Positions 26,967 to 36,132 of a stretch of 53,027 nucleotides of DNA are shown here, in pieces. A model generated the notes under the pieces. That model did no database searches and had not been told where the DNA came from. It saw only the letters and a list, made by a program, of their open reading frames with translations. Location of the stretch: positions 1 to 53,027 of the IMG/VR virus record IMGVR_UViG_3300045885_000475; one strand, given 5' to 3'. This DNA comes from a virus (taxonomy: Duplodnaviria > Caudoviricetes). Position 1 is the stretch's first letter; each line of letters opens with the position of its first letter. The position numbers were made by a program, and so were the translations under genes.

Positions 26967-27154
26967 GCACCGAAGCCGACTTCAAGGACCTGCAGATCCG
27001 GTGCAAGGACTGCGAGCAGTACTTCGAGCACACGGCCGGAGCCCAGAAGTTCTTCGCCGACCGCGGCCTCGAGCAGCCGAAGCGGTGCGCTCGGTGTCGC
27101 GAGGCCCGGCGCCGGTGGAAGGATGAGCAGAAGGCGAGGGAGGGCGGAGCATGA
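26963..27154 (+). CDS. Zinc-ribbon protein (zf-trcl-like)
   Basis: CKDC..F..TAG.QKFF..RGL..PKRC..CR. Confidence 0.8.
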   Translation: MSTEADFKDLQIRCKDCEQYFEHTAGAQKFFADRGLEQPKRCARCREARRRWKDEQKAREGGA

Positions 27155-27402
27155 AGCTGATCGAGACGGCCTGGCAGGACTACCTGGCGCGCGTGATCCC
27201 GCCGGATGCGCCCCCCGTTCAGGTCCAGGAGTCCAAGCGCGCGTTCTTCGCGGGCGCGAACGCGGTGTGGAAGACGCTCGAGGCCTCGTTCCAAGCGGGC
27301 GACCCGAACAAGGAGCCCACCGACGCGGATTGCGCGATCCTCGAGTCGATCGACAAGGAGCTCCAGGAATTCTGCGACGCCGTGCTCCGGGGTGACGCGT
27401 GA
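27151..27402 (+). CDS. Hypothetical protein
   Basis: Q..E.KRAFFAGA motif; coupled. Confidence 0.7.
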   Translation: MKLIETAWQDYLARVIPPDAPPVQVQESKRAFFAGANAVWKTLEASFQAGDPNKEPTDADCAILESIDKELQEFCDAVLRGDA

Positions 27403-27875
27403 AGCGCTGGGCCACGTTCGACCCCGACCGCCGCTTCCGCTACGTCCTTGGGCGCGAGTGGATCCCGGAGAAGCCCGCGTGCGCCATGGTCGGGCTCAAC
27501 CCGTCGATCGCGGATGACCAGGCCGACGACCCGACGATCCGGCGCGCGATCGCGTTCTGCGATCGCTGGGGCTACGGCCGGCTCCTGGTGGTCAACCTCT
27601 TCGCTCTCGTCTCCACCGACCCCAAGCGCCTGGTCCAGGTGCCGGATCCTGTCGGGCCGGAGAACGACCGCTTCCTCCTCGGGGCGGCCGACGAGGCCTC
27701 GCTCGTCGTGGCGGTGTGGGGCGCCGGCGGCGAGCTCTACGGCCGGGCCCAGGCGGTGACCGAGCTCCTCGCGAAGCACCCCCTCAAGTGCCTCGGCCGG
27801 ACGAAGGAGGGCCACCCGCGCCACCCGCTCTACCTGCGCGGAGACACGGCGCTCGAGGACTGGAGGAGAGCGTGA
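27399..27875 (+). CDS. DUF1643-family protein
   Basis: RY.L.R.W...GLNPSIAD...DDPTIRR...VNLFA...TDP...WG...GHPRHPLY. Confidence 0.85.
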   Translation: MKRWATFDPDRRFRYVLGREWIPEKPACAMVGLNPSIADDQADDPTIRRAIAFCDRWGYGRLLVVNLFALVSTDPKRLVQVPDPVGPENDRFLLGAADEASLVVAVWGAGGELYGRAQAVTELLAKHPLKCLGRTKEGHPRHPLYLRGDTALEDWRRA

Positions 27876-28024
27876 AGCGGCGCCGGCGTCGGACCCTCTG
27901 CCCCTGCGGCTGCGGCCAGGCCAAGCGATTCGCCCAAGGCCATGGCCATCGCATCTACCGCCCGGGGGGATGGAATGCCCACGAGCCGAGCTGGTATCGG
28001 GAGCGGGAGAGGAGGCGCGCGTGA
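27872..28024 (+). CDS. Small CxCGCG protein
   Basis: CPCGCG...F..GH; coupled. Confidence 0.55.
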   Translation: MKRRRRRTLCPCGCGQAKRFAQGHGHRIYRPGGWNAHEPSWYRERERRRA

Positions 28025-28212
28025 AGCCCCTCGATGTCTTCTGCCGCACCTGCCTTGCCAGCCCGGGACAGGCCTGCCGCTCGATCGTGCCCTGGATGCA
28101 GGGGATCAAGCACGGCTCGGGATCAGTCTGCCAACCGCACGTCGCCCGCCGCGCGGCCGCGTCGGGCCTTCGCACCGTCGGGTCTAGTGAACGAAAGGAG
28201 ACGAGATGCTGA
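28021..28212 (+). CDS. Small Zn-finger protein
   Basis: CRTC.A.PG..C...H..R. Confidence 0.55.
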   Translation: MKPLDVFCRTCLASPGQACRSIVPWMQGIKHGSGSVCQPHVARRAAASGLRTVGSSERKETRC

Positions 28213-28391
28213 CCCACCTGGAGTTCGAGCAGTTCAAGCGCGCGCTCAACCATCTCCGCAGCGAGAAGGAGAGCAGCTACGAGAGAGGGCCGGTGAAGCG
28301 CGAGGACGTCCTCGAGGTCCTCTTGCCCTACGTCGAAGGCTTCAAGCCGCCCAACCCGCACCCGGAGCCGAAGGCAGAGACGCCGGCGTGA
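28206..28391 (+). CDS. Hypothetical protein
   Basis: AAAGGAGACG RBS. Confidence 0.65.
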   Translation: MLTHLEFEQFKRALNHLRSEKESSYERGPVKREDVLEVLLPYVEGFKPPNPHPEPKAETPA

Positions 28392-28792
28392 GCACGGGGG
28401 AGAGGATGATTGACATGACCGCGAACCCGGCGCACGACGGGAACCCGTTCGCCTGGACGAAGTGCGGGCACTACGTCCAGCCTAAGGGCCCCGAGGACTG
28501 CGCGACATGCCTCCGTGAGCAGCTGGCCAGGGCGCAGGACCTCCTCCTCGAGCGGGCCCGCCAGGCTGAGGAGCTGCTCCGGGAGCGGGATCAGGCGCGT
28601 GCCGCCCTGTTCGGAACGAACGAAGACTTCCTGGACCGGGCGGTCCTCTGCTGCGCCATCGACGCCTTCCTCGCCGGCGCCGACGCTCAGTTTCAGCTGC
28701 TCAAGCGGTGGCAGGAGAACGGCACGAGCGCTGGCCTCTCTGGCAACGTCCTCGAGGTCGCGCGCCAGATCGTGCGGAGAGGCACGCCGTGA
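28388..28792 (+). CDS. Hypothetical protein
   Basis: Coupled; Cys motif followed by a coiled coil. Confidence 0.6.
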   Translation: MSTGERMIDMTANPAHDGNPFAWTKCGHYVQPKGPEDCATCLREQLARAQDLLLERARQAEELLRERDQARAALFGTNEDFLDRAVLCCAIDAFLAGADAQFQLLKRWQENGTSAGLSGNVLEVARQIVRRGTP

Positions 28793-29172
28793 GGTACTGC
28801 GCCTGCACCCACCCCGAGGAGCTCCACGCCGAGGACGGCGCGGGCTACTGTTTCGCCGAGCAGCTCAACGGGCAGCCGTGCCCGTGCGAGCGCTTCCGGC
28901 CGCAGTCCAGCGAGGCACGAGGCCTGGCCGAAGCGGTGGGCGATGACGTCCGCCGCGACGTCGAGCGACGAGTGGTCTGGTTCGCGAGGACCTGCGCGAG
29001 CCGCGAGGGGTCTCTGCCTTTCGTGATCCTCGCGTGGACGCCCGAGGGCCCGGTCGCCTTCGAGCTGATCTTCGACAACGGGACGTGGCTCTACCAGTCG
29101 GTCTTCGTGATCGAGCTAGCCGGCGTGCCGGCGCAGACGTGGCGTGTGGAGATCGCGAGGAGGAAGGCATGA
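28789..29172 (+). CDS. Hypothetical protein with an N-terminal C/H finger
   Basis: CAC.H...H...C...CPC..F. Confidence 0.6.
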   Translation: MRYCACTHPEELHAEDGAGYCFAEQLNGQPCPCERFRPQSSEARGLAEAVGDDVRRDVERRVVWFARTCASREGSLPFVILAWTPEGPVAFELIFDNGTWLYQSVFVIELAGVPAQTWRVEIARRKA

Positions 29173-29471
29173 GCGCCCCGAAGCTGAGCGCCGCCCAGCG
29201 CGCACGCCTGATCCACCAGCAATCAAAGGACCTGGCTCTCCGCATGAAGGAGGAGCTCCAGGCCCGCCTCAAGTACCAGATCCGGCAGCGGATCCAGGAC
29301 GTGCTCAACGCCCTCGAGCTCGAACGGCAGCTCGACGAGCAGCTCGCGCGGACGAGGACCTGGTCGCCCGCCTGGTGGAGCCTGCTCAAGCAGATCGACC
29401 GCGTGCGGACTCAGCTCTGCGAGTGGAAGGGGATCCAGGTCCTGCAGCGGATGAAGAGCGGCGGTTTATGA
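29169..29471 (+). CDS. Hypothetical coiled-coil protein
   Basis: Coupled ATGA. Confidence 0.6.
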   Translation: MSAPKLSAAQRARLIHQQSKDLALRMKEELQARLKYQIRQRIQDVLNALELERQLDEQLARTRTWSPAWWSLLKQIDRVRTQLCEWKGIQVLQRMKSGGL

Positions 29472-29490
29472 CACCGGAGAGGGGGGAGGC

Positions 29491-29625
29491 ATGTCGGACG
29501 ACGAGCGTGAACCCTGGAGCCACAGCGGCAAGCAGAAGGTGATCGAGATCCTCGTCGCGATCCTCTTGGTGGTCGGCATCGTCGCCGGCCTGATGGTGCT
29601 GTCGTGGGCGATCTCCCCGCGATGA
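29491..29625 (+). CDS. 44-aa single-TM peptide (not in the ORF track)
   Basis: GGGAGG RBS; IEILVAILLVVGIVAGLMVLSWAI. Confidence 0.55.
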   Translation: MSDDEREPWSHSGKQKVIEILVAILLVVGIVAGLMVLSWAISPR

Positions 29626-29876
29626 ACCGCGGGGCGGAGGCGGTCATGGGGGAGAGGGCAGTAGGACCGGAGGACGATTACCTGGTGGGGTGGAAGACGA
29701 TCGCGTGCTTCCTCCTCGAGATTCCGCCGGACCGGGAGCTGACCGACTCGCAGCTCGAGAGGCTCAAGAAAAGGCTCTATCGGACGGGCCTGCGCTTCGC
29801 CCGCCTGGGCGGGGACGTGTACGCCACAAGGGCCGTTTTGATCGCTCTTCGAGATCGTCTTATCGGGACACGCTGA
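29622..29876 (+). CDS. Small HTH-like DNA-binding protein
   Basis: LVGWKTIACFL motif resembles excisionase/MerR-like HTHs; last gene before the late promoter. Confidence 0.55.
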   Translation: MNRGAEAVMGERAVGPEDDYLVGWKTIACFLLEIPPDRELTDSQLERLKKRLYRTGLRFARLGGDVYATRAVLIALRDRLIGTR

Positions 29877-29893
29877 CCGAGGCCCAATCGGCC

Positions 29894-29920
29894 GTTCTGC
29901 CCGTGTAAACGGGGAGATTT
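29894..29920. repeat. 27-bp dispersed repeat, copy 1 (hairpin with GTAA loop)
   Basis: GTTCTGCCCGTGTAAACGGGGAGATTT matches 41863-41889 at 26/27 positions. Confidence 0.85.
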
Positions 29921-29956
29921 TCATTTCTGTCGGGACACGCCGCAGGCCCTCCCAAT

Positions 29957-29985
29957 TTGACCGCCCGCTCTCCATGCCCCATAAC
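29957..29985 (+). promoter_or_regulatory. Putative late promoter (possibly a leaderless terS transcript)
   Basis: TTGACC-N17-CATAAC, 8 nt before ATG 29994, which has no SD. Confidence 0.45.
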
Positions 29986-29993
29986 CCGTGTGC

Positions 29994-30518
29994 ATGGACG
30001 TGAGCGACGGCCACACCAAGAACGGGAACGGCCACGCCGAATCCCAGCCGCAGTCGCTGCCGTCCGCCGTTGCGCCCCCGGCAGGGGGCCCGGTCGGGGA
30101 TCCCGCCGAGGGACCTCCGGCCGGACCTCTCGCCGTCAGGAACGAGAAGGGCCAGTTCCTCCCCGGTGTCTCCGGCAACCCCGCGGGCTCAAACGGCGGC
30201 CGCCGCGACGAGCTCCGGACCAAGTTCTTCGAGGGCTTCGTCGCCTGGTTCAACGGGGAGTTCAAGCAGTACCCGTCCCGGCGCGCGATGCAGATCGCGC
30301 ACCAGCACTACGCGCAGCTGTGGAAGGCGGCGTGCAAGGATGGCTCGCGGTTCAACCACCTCCTCGACAAGCTCATGGAGTGCGCGACGCCGCCGGCGGC
30401 CGGCAAGGGCGACGGCGTGACGATCAACAACACCTTCGAGTCCACGATCGCGATGCTCCGCGCCGAGCGCCAGGCGGCCGCGGCCCGCCGCCCGGGCCTG
30501 GAGGACCTCGAGGAGTGA
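29994..30518 (+). CDS. terS: Terminase small subunit (putative)
   Basis: RNEKGQFLPGVSGNPAG motif; immediately upstream of terL. Confidence 0.65.
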   Translation: MDVSDGHTKNGNGHAESQPQSLPSAVAPPAGGPVGDPAEGPPAGPLAVRNEKGQFLPGVSGNPAGSNGGRRDELRTKFFEGFVAWFNGEFKQYPSRRAMQIAHQHYAQLWKAACKDGSRFNHLLDKLMECATPPAAGKGDGVTINNTFESTIAMLRAERQAAAARRPGLEDLEE

Positions 30519-32152
30519 TCGTCTTGACCGCTCTCGCCCTCGGCTCGGTCTTCTTCAACCCGGGCGAGTTCATCGAGACCTTCCTGTGGATCCGCAACAA
30601 GCGCGACGCGATCGTGCCGCTCCAGCTGAACCCGACCCAGAGGAAGACCCTCGAGATCCGCCGGCAGACGATCCGCTCGGGGAAGCCGCGGCGCTGGATC
30701 ATCCTCAAGGCCAGGCGCCAGGGCCAGACGACGCTCTGGCAGGCGCTCAACTTCCACACCGTGTGCACGAAGCCGAACACGCGCTGCGTCACGCTCGGGC
30801 ACGAGACCGAGGCGACGGAGCAGATCTTCCAGATCGCGGACCTCTTCTGGAAGCGGATGCCCAAGGAGTTCCGGCCCGCGCGCCTGACGGAGCACGACAA
30901 GCGCGACCTCGAGTTCCCGGGCCTCAACTCGATGTTCTACATCGGCACCGCGGGGAAGAAGGGCTTCGGCCGCGGCACGAACGTCACACGGTACCAGGTG
31001 ACGGAGCTCCCGCACGCGGGCGGCACGCGCGCGGACCACGAGAGCCTGATGGCCGGCCTCGACGAAGCGGCGCAGGAGGGGGAGGGAGTACTCGAATCGA
31101 CCCCGGCCGGCGTCGGGGATCTCTTCCACGAGACCTACCAGGGCGCGAAGGACGGCGCGAACGACTGGACGCCGATCTTCTTCCGCTGGTTCGACGACCC
31201 GACGTATCGCAAGATCCTGGACGCGGCCGCCCGCCGCGAGCTCCTCGCCTCCTACACCGACGAGGAGAAGGACCTCGTCCGGAAGCACGCCCTCGAGCCC
31301 GAGCAGATCGCCTGGCGCCGGCAGATGCAGCGGAAGCGCGGCCGCCTGGCGCCGCAGGAGTACCCCGAGGACGACGTCACCTGCTTCCTCCTCTCCGGGC
31401 ACTGCTTCTTCGATCGACTGCTCCTGGCCGCCATGAAGCTCCGCGCGCCCGAGCCTGTCGAGAACGCCTGGCCCGACGAGGAGGGAACCGCCCAGCTCCG
31501 GATCTGGAAGCGGCCGCTCGGGGGCCACGAGTACGCCGCCGGCGGGGACGTGGCCGAGGGGATCCGCGGTGGGAACTACAGCTCCCTCATCGTGCGCGAC
31601 GTGAAGACCCTGGAGCCGATGGCCACACTCCGCGGGCACTGGAAGCCCGAGGAGTTCGGGAAGCGGTGTGCGGACGTCTGCACGAAGTTCAACGGGGCCC
31701 TCCTCGCGATCGAGCGGAACAACCACGGCCATTCGGCGCTCAATACGCTCCAGAACCAGGTCGACTACCGGAATCTCTACTGGCACGCCGAGTATGACGC
31801 GAAGGGCGGCGGCCGGAGCCAGGTGATCGGCTGGGCCACCACGCCGAAGTCCCGCCCGATCATGCTCGACCACTACCGGGAGCTCGTCGAGAGCGGCCAG
31901 GCGCCGCTGTGGGATCCCCGCGTGATCGACGAGTGCTCGACCTTCGTGAAGCAGGAGGGGAAGCGCGAGACCTACGCCGCGGAGGACGGCTGCCAGGACG
32001 ACTTGGTCATCGCCGACGCGATCTGCCTGCAGGCGCGCGAGTCGGCGCTCGGTGAGCGGAGCGAGGTCGGCGCCGGCTACGACCCGGCGGCTTACCTCGA
32101 GGCGACGGGAGGCCCCATGTTCCCGTCCGGCGGGGGGAACCTCTTCCCATGA
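30515..32152 (+). CDS. terL: Terminase large subunit
   Basis: LNPTQ, ILKARRQGQTT, ESTPAG, QEYP, GGDVAEG, IERNNHG, QDDLVIA. Confidence 0.92.
   Translation: MIVLTALALGSVFFNPGEFIETFLWIRNKRDAIVPLQLNPTQRKTLEIRRQTIRSGKPRRWIILKARRQGQTTLWQALNFHTVCTKPNTRCVTLGHETEATEQIFQIADLFWKRMPKEFRPARLTEHDKRDLEFPGLNSMFYIGTAGKKGFGRGTNVTRYQVTELPHAGGTRADHESLMAGLDEAAQEGEGVLESTPAGVGDLFHETYQGAKDGANDWTPIFFRWFDDPTYRKILDAAARRELLASYTDEEKDLVRKHALEPEQIAWRRQMQRKRGRLAPQEYPEDDVTCFLLSGHCFFDRLLLAAMKLRAPEPVENAWPDEEGTAQLRIWKRPLGGHEYAAGGDVAEGIRGGNYSSLIVRDVKTLEPMATLRGHWKPEEFGKRCADVCTKFNGALLAIERNNHGHSALNTLQNQVDYRNLYWHAEYDAKGGGRSQVIGWATTPKSRPIMLDHYRELVESGQAPLWDPRVIDECSTFVKQEGKRETYAAEDGCQDDLVIADAICLQARESALGERSEVGAGYDPAAYLEATGGPMFPSGGGNLFP
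31668..31683. promoter_or_regulatory. Palindrome site E (GTGCGGACGTCTGCAC)
   Basis: 1 mismatch to the core; inside terL (encodes ADVC). Confidence 0.65.
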
Positions 32153-33618
32153 GGAGGAAGCGCCCCGTCGCCCTGGCCTCGAACGCCGGTCCCGGCAGCG
32201 CCGGCGAGCCGATCACCGAGAGCCTGCTCCGGCAGTACCTCTTCGGCGAGACGAAGGTCTCGGCCGACATCGCCGACCTGGTCGGCAACTTCAACCCGAA
32301 GTACATCAACACGAAGACCCGCCTCCTCATGCGCGAGGATCCCGTCGTCGCTTTCGGCATGGCCATCCAGGAGTCCGTGATCCTGAACATGAACTGGACG
32401 GTCGAGTCGAAGGACCCGGAGATCACGGCCTTCGTCGACGCGCTCATGAAGCCGATCTACCGCGCGCTGGCCGTCGCGTCGGTGAACGCGATGGGGCTCG
32501 GCCGCCAGGTGGTCGAGAAGCTCTGGGACGTCCAGCCCCTCGAGTTCGAGGTGAAGGACGGCGGGATGAAGCGCCTTCCGAACGCCTGGATCTACCGCGG
32601 GTTCAAGGCGATCGACCCGCAGACCTGCACCCTCCTCGTCGACCACGAGCGGGACGAGTGGGCCGGCGTCGAGCAGATCGTCGCGACGAACAGCGCCGAC
32701 CGCAAGGCCGTCGGACCGGACCAGGTCGCCCTCTGGAGCTTCCGGAAGGAACGTGTCTTCGGGAAGCTGCAGGGCTGGCCGCTGCTCAACCAGGTCTACG
32801 AGCCCTGGTGGTTCAAGGTCGCGCTCTCGCTCCTCGCGAACCGCTACTTCGAGCGCCGTGCGGATCCGCAGGCGGTCGGCCGCGGGCAGAAGACGATCGA
32901 CGTGGGCGGGAAGCCCGTCGACGGCTTCGCCTGGCTGATCCGGCAGATGCTCGCGATGCGGTCCGGCGGGAGCGTCGTCCTCCCGAACGACCTGGTCAAG
33001 GGCACCAACGACAAGTTCGCCTGGGCCCTCGATTACCTGATGGACGACAAGCGCGGCGACATGTTCCAGGACCGGATCGACGCGCAGGACCTCCAGATCA
33101 CCCGCGGCCTTCTCCTGACCGACGAGGCGGGCACGTCCCAAGAGATGGGCGGCCGGGCGCGGAGCGAGACGCACCTCAAGACGCTCGGCGGGGTCCAGGA
33201 GGGCTTCCAGAAGGAGTTCCTCGAGGACTTCGTCAACCCGCAGATCGTGACGCCGGCCGTGATCTTCAACTACGGGGAGGAGCGGGCCCGGAAGGCACAG
33301 GCGAAGCTCACGACCGGCGGCCTCACCGTCGAGCAGAAGACGCTGCTCGGCGAGGTCCTGAAGGCCATCCTCCTCGCGGACCAGCTGAACAAGCAGGGCA
33401 AGCGCGTCTCCGTCCTGCAGCTCCTCAACGTCCGCGCGATCCTGGAGCACCTGAACATCCCCGCGCAGAGCGAGGAGGACGTCCAGGAGGCCGTCGACAA
33501 CGCGCCCGAGGAGCCGGCCCTGGGCGTGCCCGGAGACAAGCCGATCGAGATCGACGAGGAGACCGAGCGCGGCGCCACGAAGGAGCTCGTCAAGGTCGGC
33601 GCGGCGGATCCCGAATGA
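32149..33618 (+). CDS. Portal protein (Mu gp29/DUF935-like)
   Basis: Position after terL; E..W, FG...L...Y..WWFK...FER...P motifs. Confidence 0.85.
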   Translation: MRRKRPVALASNAGPGSAGEPITESLLRQYLFGETKVSADIADLVGNFNPKYINTKTRLLMREDPVVAFGMAIQESVILNMNWTVESKDPEITAFVDALMKPIYRALAVASVNAMGLGRQVVEKLWDVQPLEFEVKDGGMKRLPNAWIYRGFKAIDPQTCTLLVDHERDEWAGVEQIVATNSADRKAVGPDQVALWSFRKERVFGKLQGWPLLNQVYEPWWFKVALSLLANRYFERRADPQAVGRGQKTIDVGGKPVDGFAWLIRQMLAMRSGGSVVLPNDLVKGTNDKFAWALDYLMDDKRGDMFQDRIDAQDLQITRGLLLTDEAGTSQEMGGRARSETHLKTLGGVQEGFQKEFLEDFVNPQIVTPAVIFNYGEERARKAQAKLTTGGLTVEQKTLLGEVLKAILLADQLNKQGKRVSVLQLLNVRAILEHLNIPAQSEEDVQEAVDNAPEEPALGVPGDKPIEIDEETERGATKELVKVGAADPE

Positions 33619-33713
33619 CGAAAGATTCGCCGGCGGTTTGCCGGCAGCGGGCGGGGCGCGTTCCCCGCGGGCGGGGGCATCGCCCCTAGCCTCCTGGAAG
33701 AGAGGAGCCCAGC

Positions 33714-34340
33714 ATGGCGCGAGTTCGGTTCAAGGGTGGGAAGGCGGTCGGGGCCATCCACCTGGCCAACAACACGATCGTGGACGGGGACTTCTTCACG
33801 ATCGGGAACAAGGTCTACGAGTTCGACGACAACGCGTCGGTCACGGCGGGCCGTGTCGCGATCACGATCGGTGGCTCGGCGGCCCTGACCCGCGACGCCA
33901 TCATCGCCGCGATCAACGCGAACAAGCCCTCGAAGCCCGTGACGGCGGTCATCGACCCGAAGAACGCCTCGGGCGAGAAGATCAACCTGTTCGCCGACCA
34001 GGTCGGCGCGGCGGGCAACATCGTCCTCACCGAGAACGTGGCCGACGCGGGCTTCACCGTCCGGGCGGCCACCCTCGAGGGCGGCGAGAACGGCGGCGAG
34101 CAGACCATGGCGCGGGGCGAGTACACCGTGAAGACCATGGACGTCACGGCCGACAACGTGATGATCGAGACCGGCCTCACGTCGCCCCGGTTCGCCATCG
34201 TCCAGGCCCGGTCGTCCGCCGGCGTCCCCAAGGCGCACACCGCCGAGATCTCGATCTCGGGGTCGAAGATCCGGCTCAACTTCGCCGGCGCCACGGATCT
34301 CGCGGCGACCGACGTGGTGACCTGGATCGCCTGGGAGTAG
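33714..34340 (+). CDS. Putative head fibre/decoration structural protein
   Basis: DGDFFTIG.KVYEFD; beta-rich; ends VTWIAWE. Confidence 0.6.
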   Translation: MARVRFKGGKAVGAIHLANNTIVDGDFFTIGNKVYEFDDNASVTAGRVAITIGGSAALTRDAIIAAINANKPSKPVTAVIDPKNASGEKINLFADQVGAAGNIVLTENVADAGFTVRAATLEGGENGGEQTMARGEYTVKTMDVTADNVMIETGLTSPRFAIVQARSSAGVPKAHTAEISISGSKIRLNFAGATDLAATDVVTWIAWE

Positions 34341-34419
34341 CCCAGACGGCCGCACTGCGGTCATTCGAGGCCCCCGGGCTCCACCCCGGGGCCTCCTGTG
34401 AAGGCAGAAGGAGACGCGC

Positions 34420-34617
34420 ATGCAGCAGGTGGCGGACCTGACGGAGCTCCGGGCCCTCGTGGGCCACGGGGAGAACGAGCTCGTCTTCGTACGGGATCTG
34501 GGCTCGACCTATCGGTACGACCCTGCGTCCCTCGAGGAGGACGACTCGGACCAGTTCGTGAAGCCGACCAACGTGGGCCCGGCCGTGCATCCCGGGCGCT
34601 GGGTTCTCGCCTCGTAA
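34420..34617 (+). CDS. 65-aa stand-alone domain similar to the tail-fibre N-terminus
   Basis: YRYDPASLEEDDSD...GRW versus YLFDPASTEEDDGD...GRW in the gene starting at 51337. Confidence 0.7.
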   Translation: MQQVADLTELRALVGHGENELVFVRDLGSTYRYDPASLEEDDSDQFVKPTNVGPAVHPGRWVLAS

Positions 34618-34632
34618 CCGAAGGAGATCGCC

Positions 34633-34986
34633 GTGAACAACGCGCTCTTCCCCGTCCTGGCAGACCCCGGGGACGCTCTCACGCCGGACGCCGGCGCCGA
34701 CATCCTCGAGACGGCGATCACGCCCGGCGCCAAGGGGTACTCCTGGCTCCTCGTCCAGATCGAGGTCGACACGCCGACGATCATCACCATGACCAGCAAG
34801 AAGGTGAACACCGGCGAGACGCCGGTCGAGAGCGAGATCTGGAGTGGCGACTCCGGGCCCGACATCGAGGCGAACCGGGTCCATACGTTCCGCGTCCTCG
34901 CTCACTCGGACTACCAGTACAACTTCCGCCTGGCCGACGCGGTGGGCGTGAAGCGGTTCCTGGTGGCGGGGCACAAGGAGGGATAG
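34633..34986 (+). CDS. Hypothetical structural protein
   Basis: AAGGAG RBS; 117 aa, beta-rich. Confidence 0.65.
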   Translation: MNNALFPVLADPGDALTPDAGADILETAITPGAKGYSWLLVQIEVDTPTIITMTSKKVNTGETPVESEIWSGDSGPDIEANRVHTFRVLAHSDYQYNFRLADAVGVKRFLVAGHKEG

Positions 34987-36122
34987 TGGCCGCTTCGCGC
35001 GAACTCCAGGCCTTCCTCTCCTCCGACGGGGTCGTCGCGGCGCTCGATCGCCACTACGCCCGCGTCATCGAGCGGATCCTGCAGGAGCTCGCCGCCGGCA
35101 TTTCCCGCCCTGGCGCCTCGCGCGCGCGCGACCTCCTCATCACGCTCCGGGACCTGGTCGCCCAGCTGGACCCGAAGAAGGACTCGTTCGTCCGGACCTG
35201 GATCCGCGAGCGGCTGCCGCAGGCCTTCATCCTGGGCGACAAATCCGCCGTCCGCCAGGTCCGGGAGGAGCTCGAGAAGGTGACCGCGGAGAAGCGGGCC
35301 CTGGTCGGCGACCTGAACCGCTCCTTCACGGCGGTGAACACGCTCGCCCTCCGCGCGATCGTGGCGGCCATGGAGGACCGCCTGGTCGACGCCGCGCGCC
35401 AGGTCCTCACCACCTCGAGCTTCGCGATCCGGCGCACGCAGCTCATCCTCCACCAGGACCAGGCCGTGCGCGAAGCCGTGACCGGGGGCATCATCCGCGG
35501 CGCCGCCGGCCGCGAGATCTCGGACGACATCGCCCGGATCATCCTGACCGGAGAGGCCGACCGGGAAGCGCTCCAGCGCCTGCGCGCGCGGGGGTTCCAG
35601 AGCGACTCGATCGCGCTCTACAAGCGCCTGTCCGAGGGCCAGTTCATCAAGGTCGGCGACCGCAATTTCAACGTCCGCGCCTACGCCAACCTGGTCGCGC
35701 GGACCATGCCGCGGGAGGCCCACCGGGTGGGCACCGTCGTCAGGCTGCAGCAGAACGGCATCGACCACGTCCGGATCTCGCAGCACAAGCAGGTCGAGAT
35801 CGACGAGTGCACGCCGTTCGCCGGCCGGGTGTACTACATCGGACCGCTGCCCCAGGATCCGCTCGGCTTCCCGCACCTCAAGCAGGTGACGAACGGCGGG
35901 CCGCCTTGGCATCCGCACTGCATCCACGTCGTGGAGCCGTTCGTCGCGGTGCTCAAGCCGCAGTCGGCGATCGACGCCGCGCGCGCGGACGCGGAGCTCC
36001 TCCCCCGCCGGTTCCTGGGGAAGACCGCCGCGGAGGTCCGCGATCTGGTCCACGCGCTCGACGAGAACGAGCTCAAGGCGATCGCGCCGAAGGGCATGGG
36101 CGACATCAAACCCGCTGCGTAG
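34986..36122 (+). CDS. Minor capsid/head morphogenesis protein (MuF-like)
   Basis: YANLVART, ECTPFAGRVY, PPWHPHCIH. Confidence 0.8.
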   Translation: MAASRELQAFLSSDGVVAALDRHYARVIERILQELAAGISRPGASRARDLLITLRDLVAQLDPKKDSFVRTWIRERLPQAFILGDKSAVRQVREELEKVTAEKRALVGDLNRSFTAVNTLALRAIVAAMEDRLVDAARQVLTTSSFAIRRTQLILHQDQAVREAVTGGIIRGAAGREISDDIARIILTGEADREALQRLRARGFQSDSIALYKRLSEGQFIKVGDRNFNVRAYANLVARTMPREAHRVGTVVRLQQNGIDHVRISQHKQVEIDECTPFAGRVYYIGPLPQDPLGFPHLKQVTNGGPPWHPHCIHVVEPFVAVLKPQSAIDAARADAELLPRRFLGKTAAEVRDLVHALDENELKAIAPKGMGDIKPAA

Positions 36123-36132
36123 GAGACGAACC

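Noticed and set aside
29906-29932. TAAA in the 27-bp repeat as a sigma-28 -35 box
   Set aside because: No GCCGATAA-like -10 at the expected spacing in either copy.
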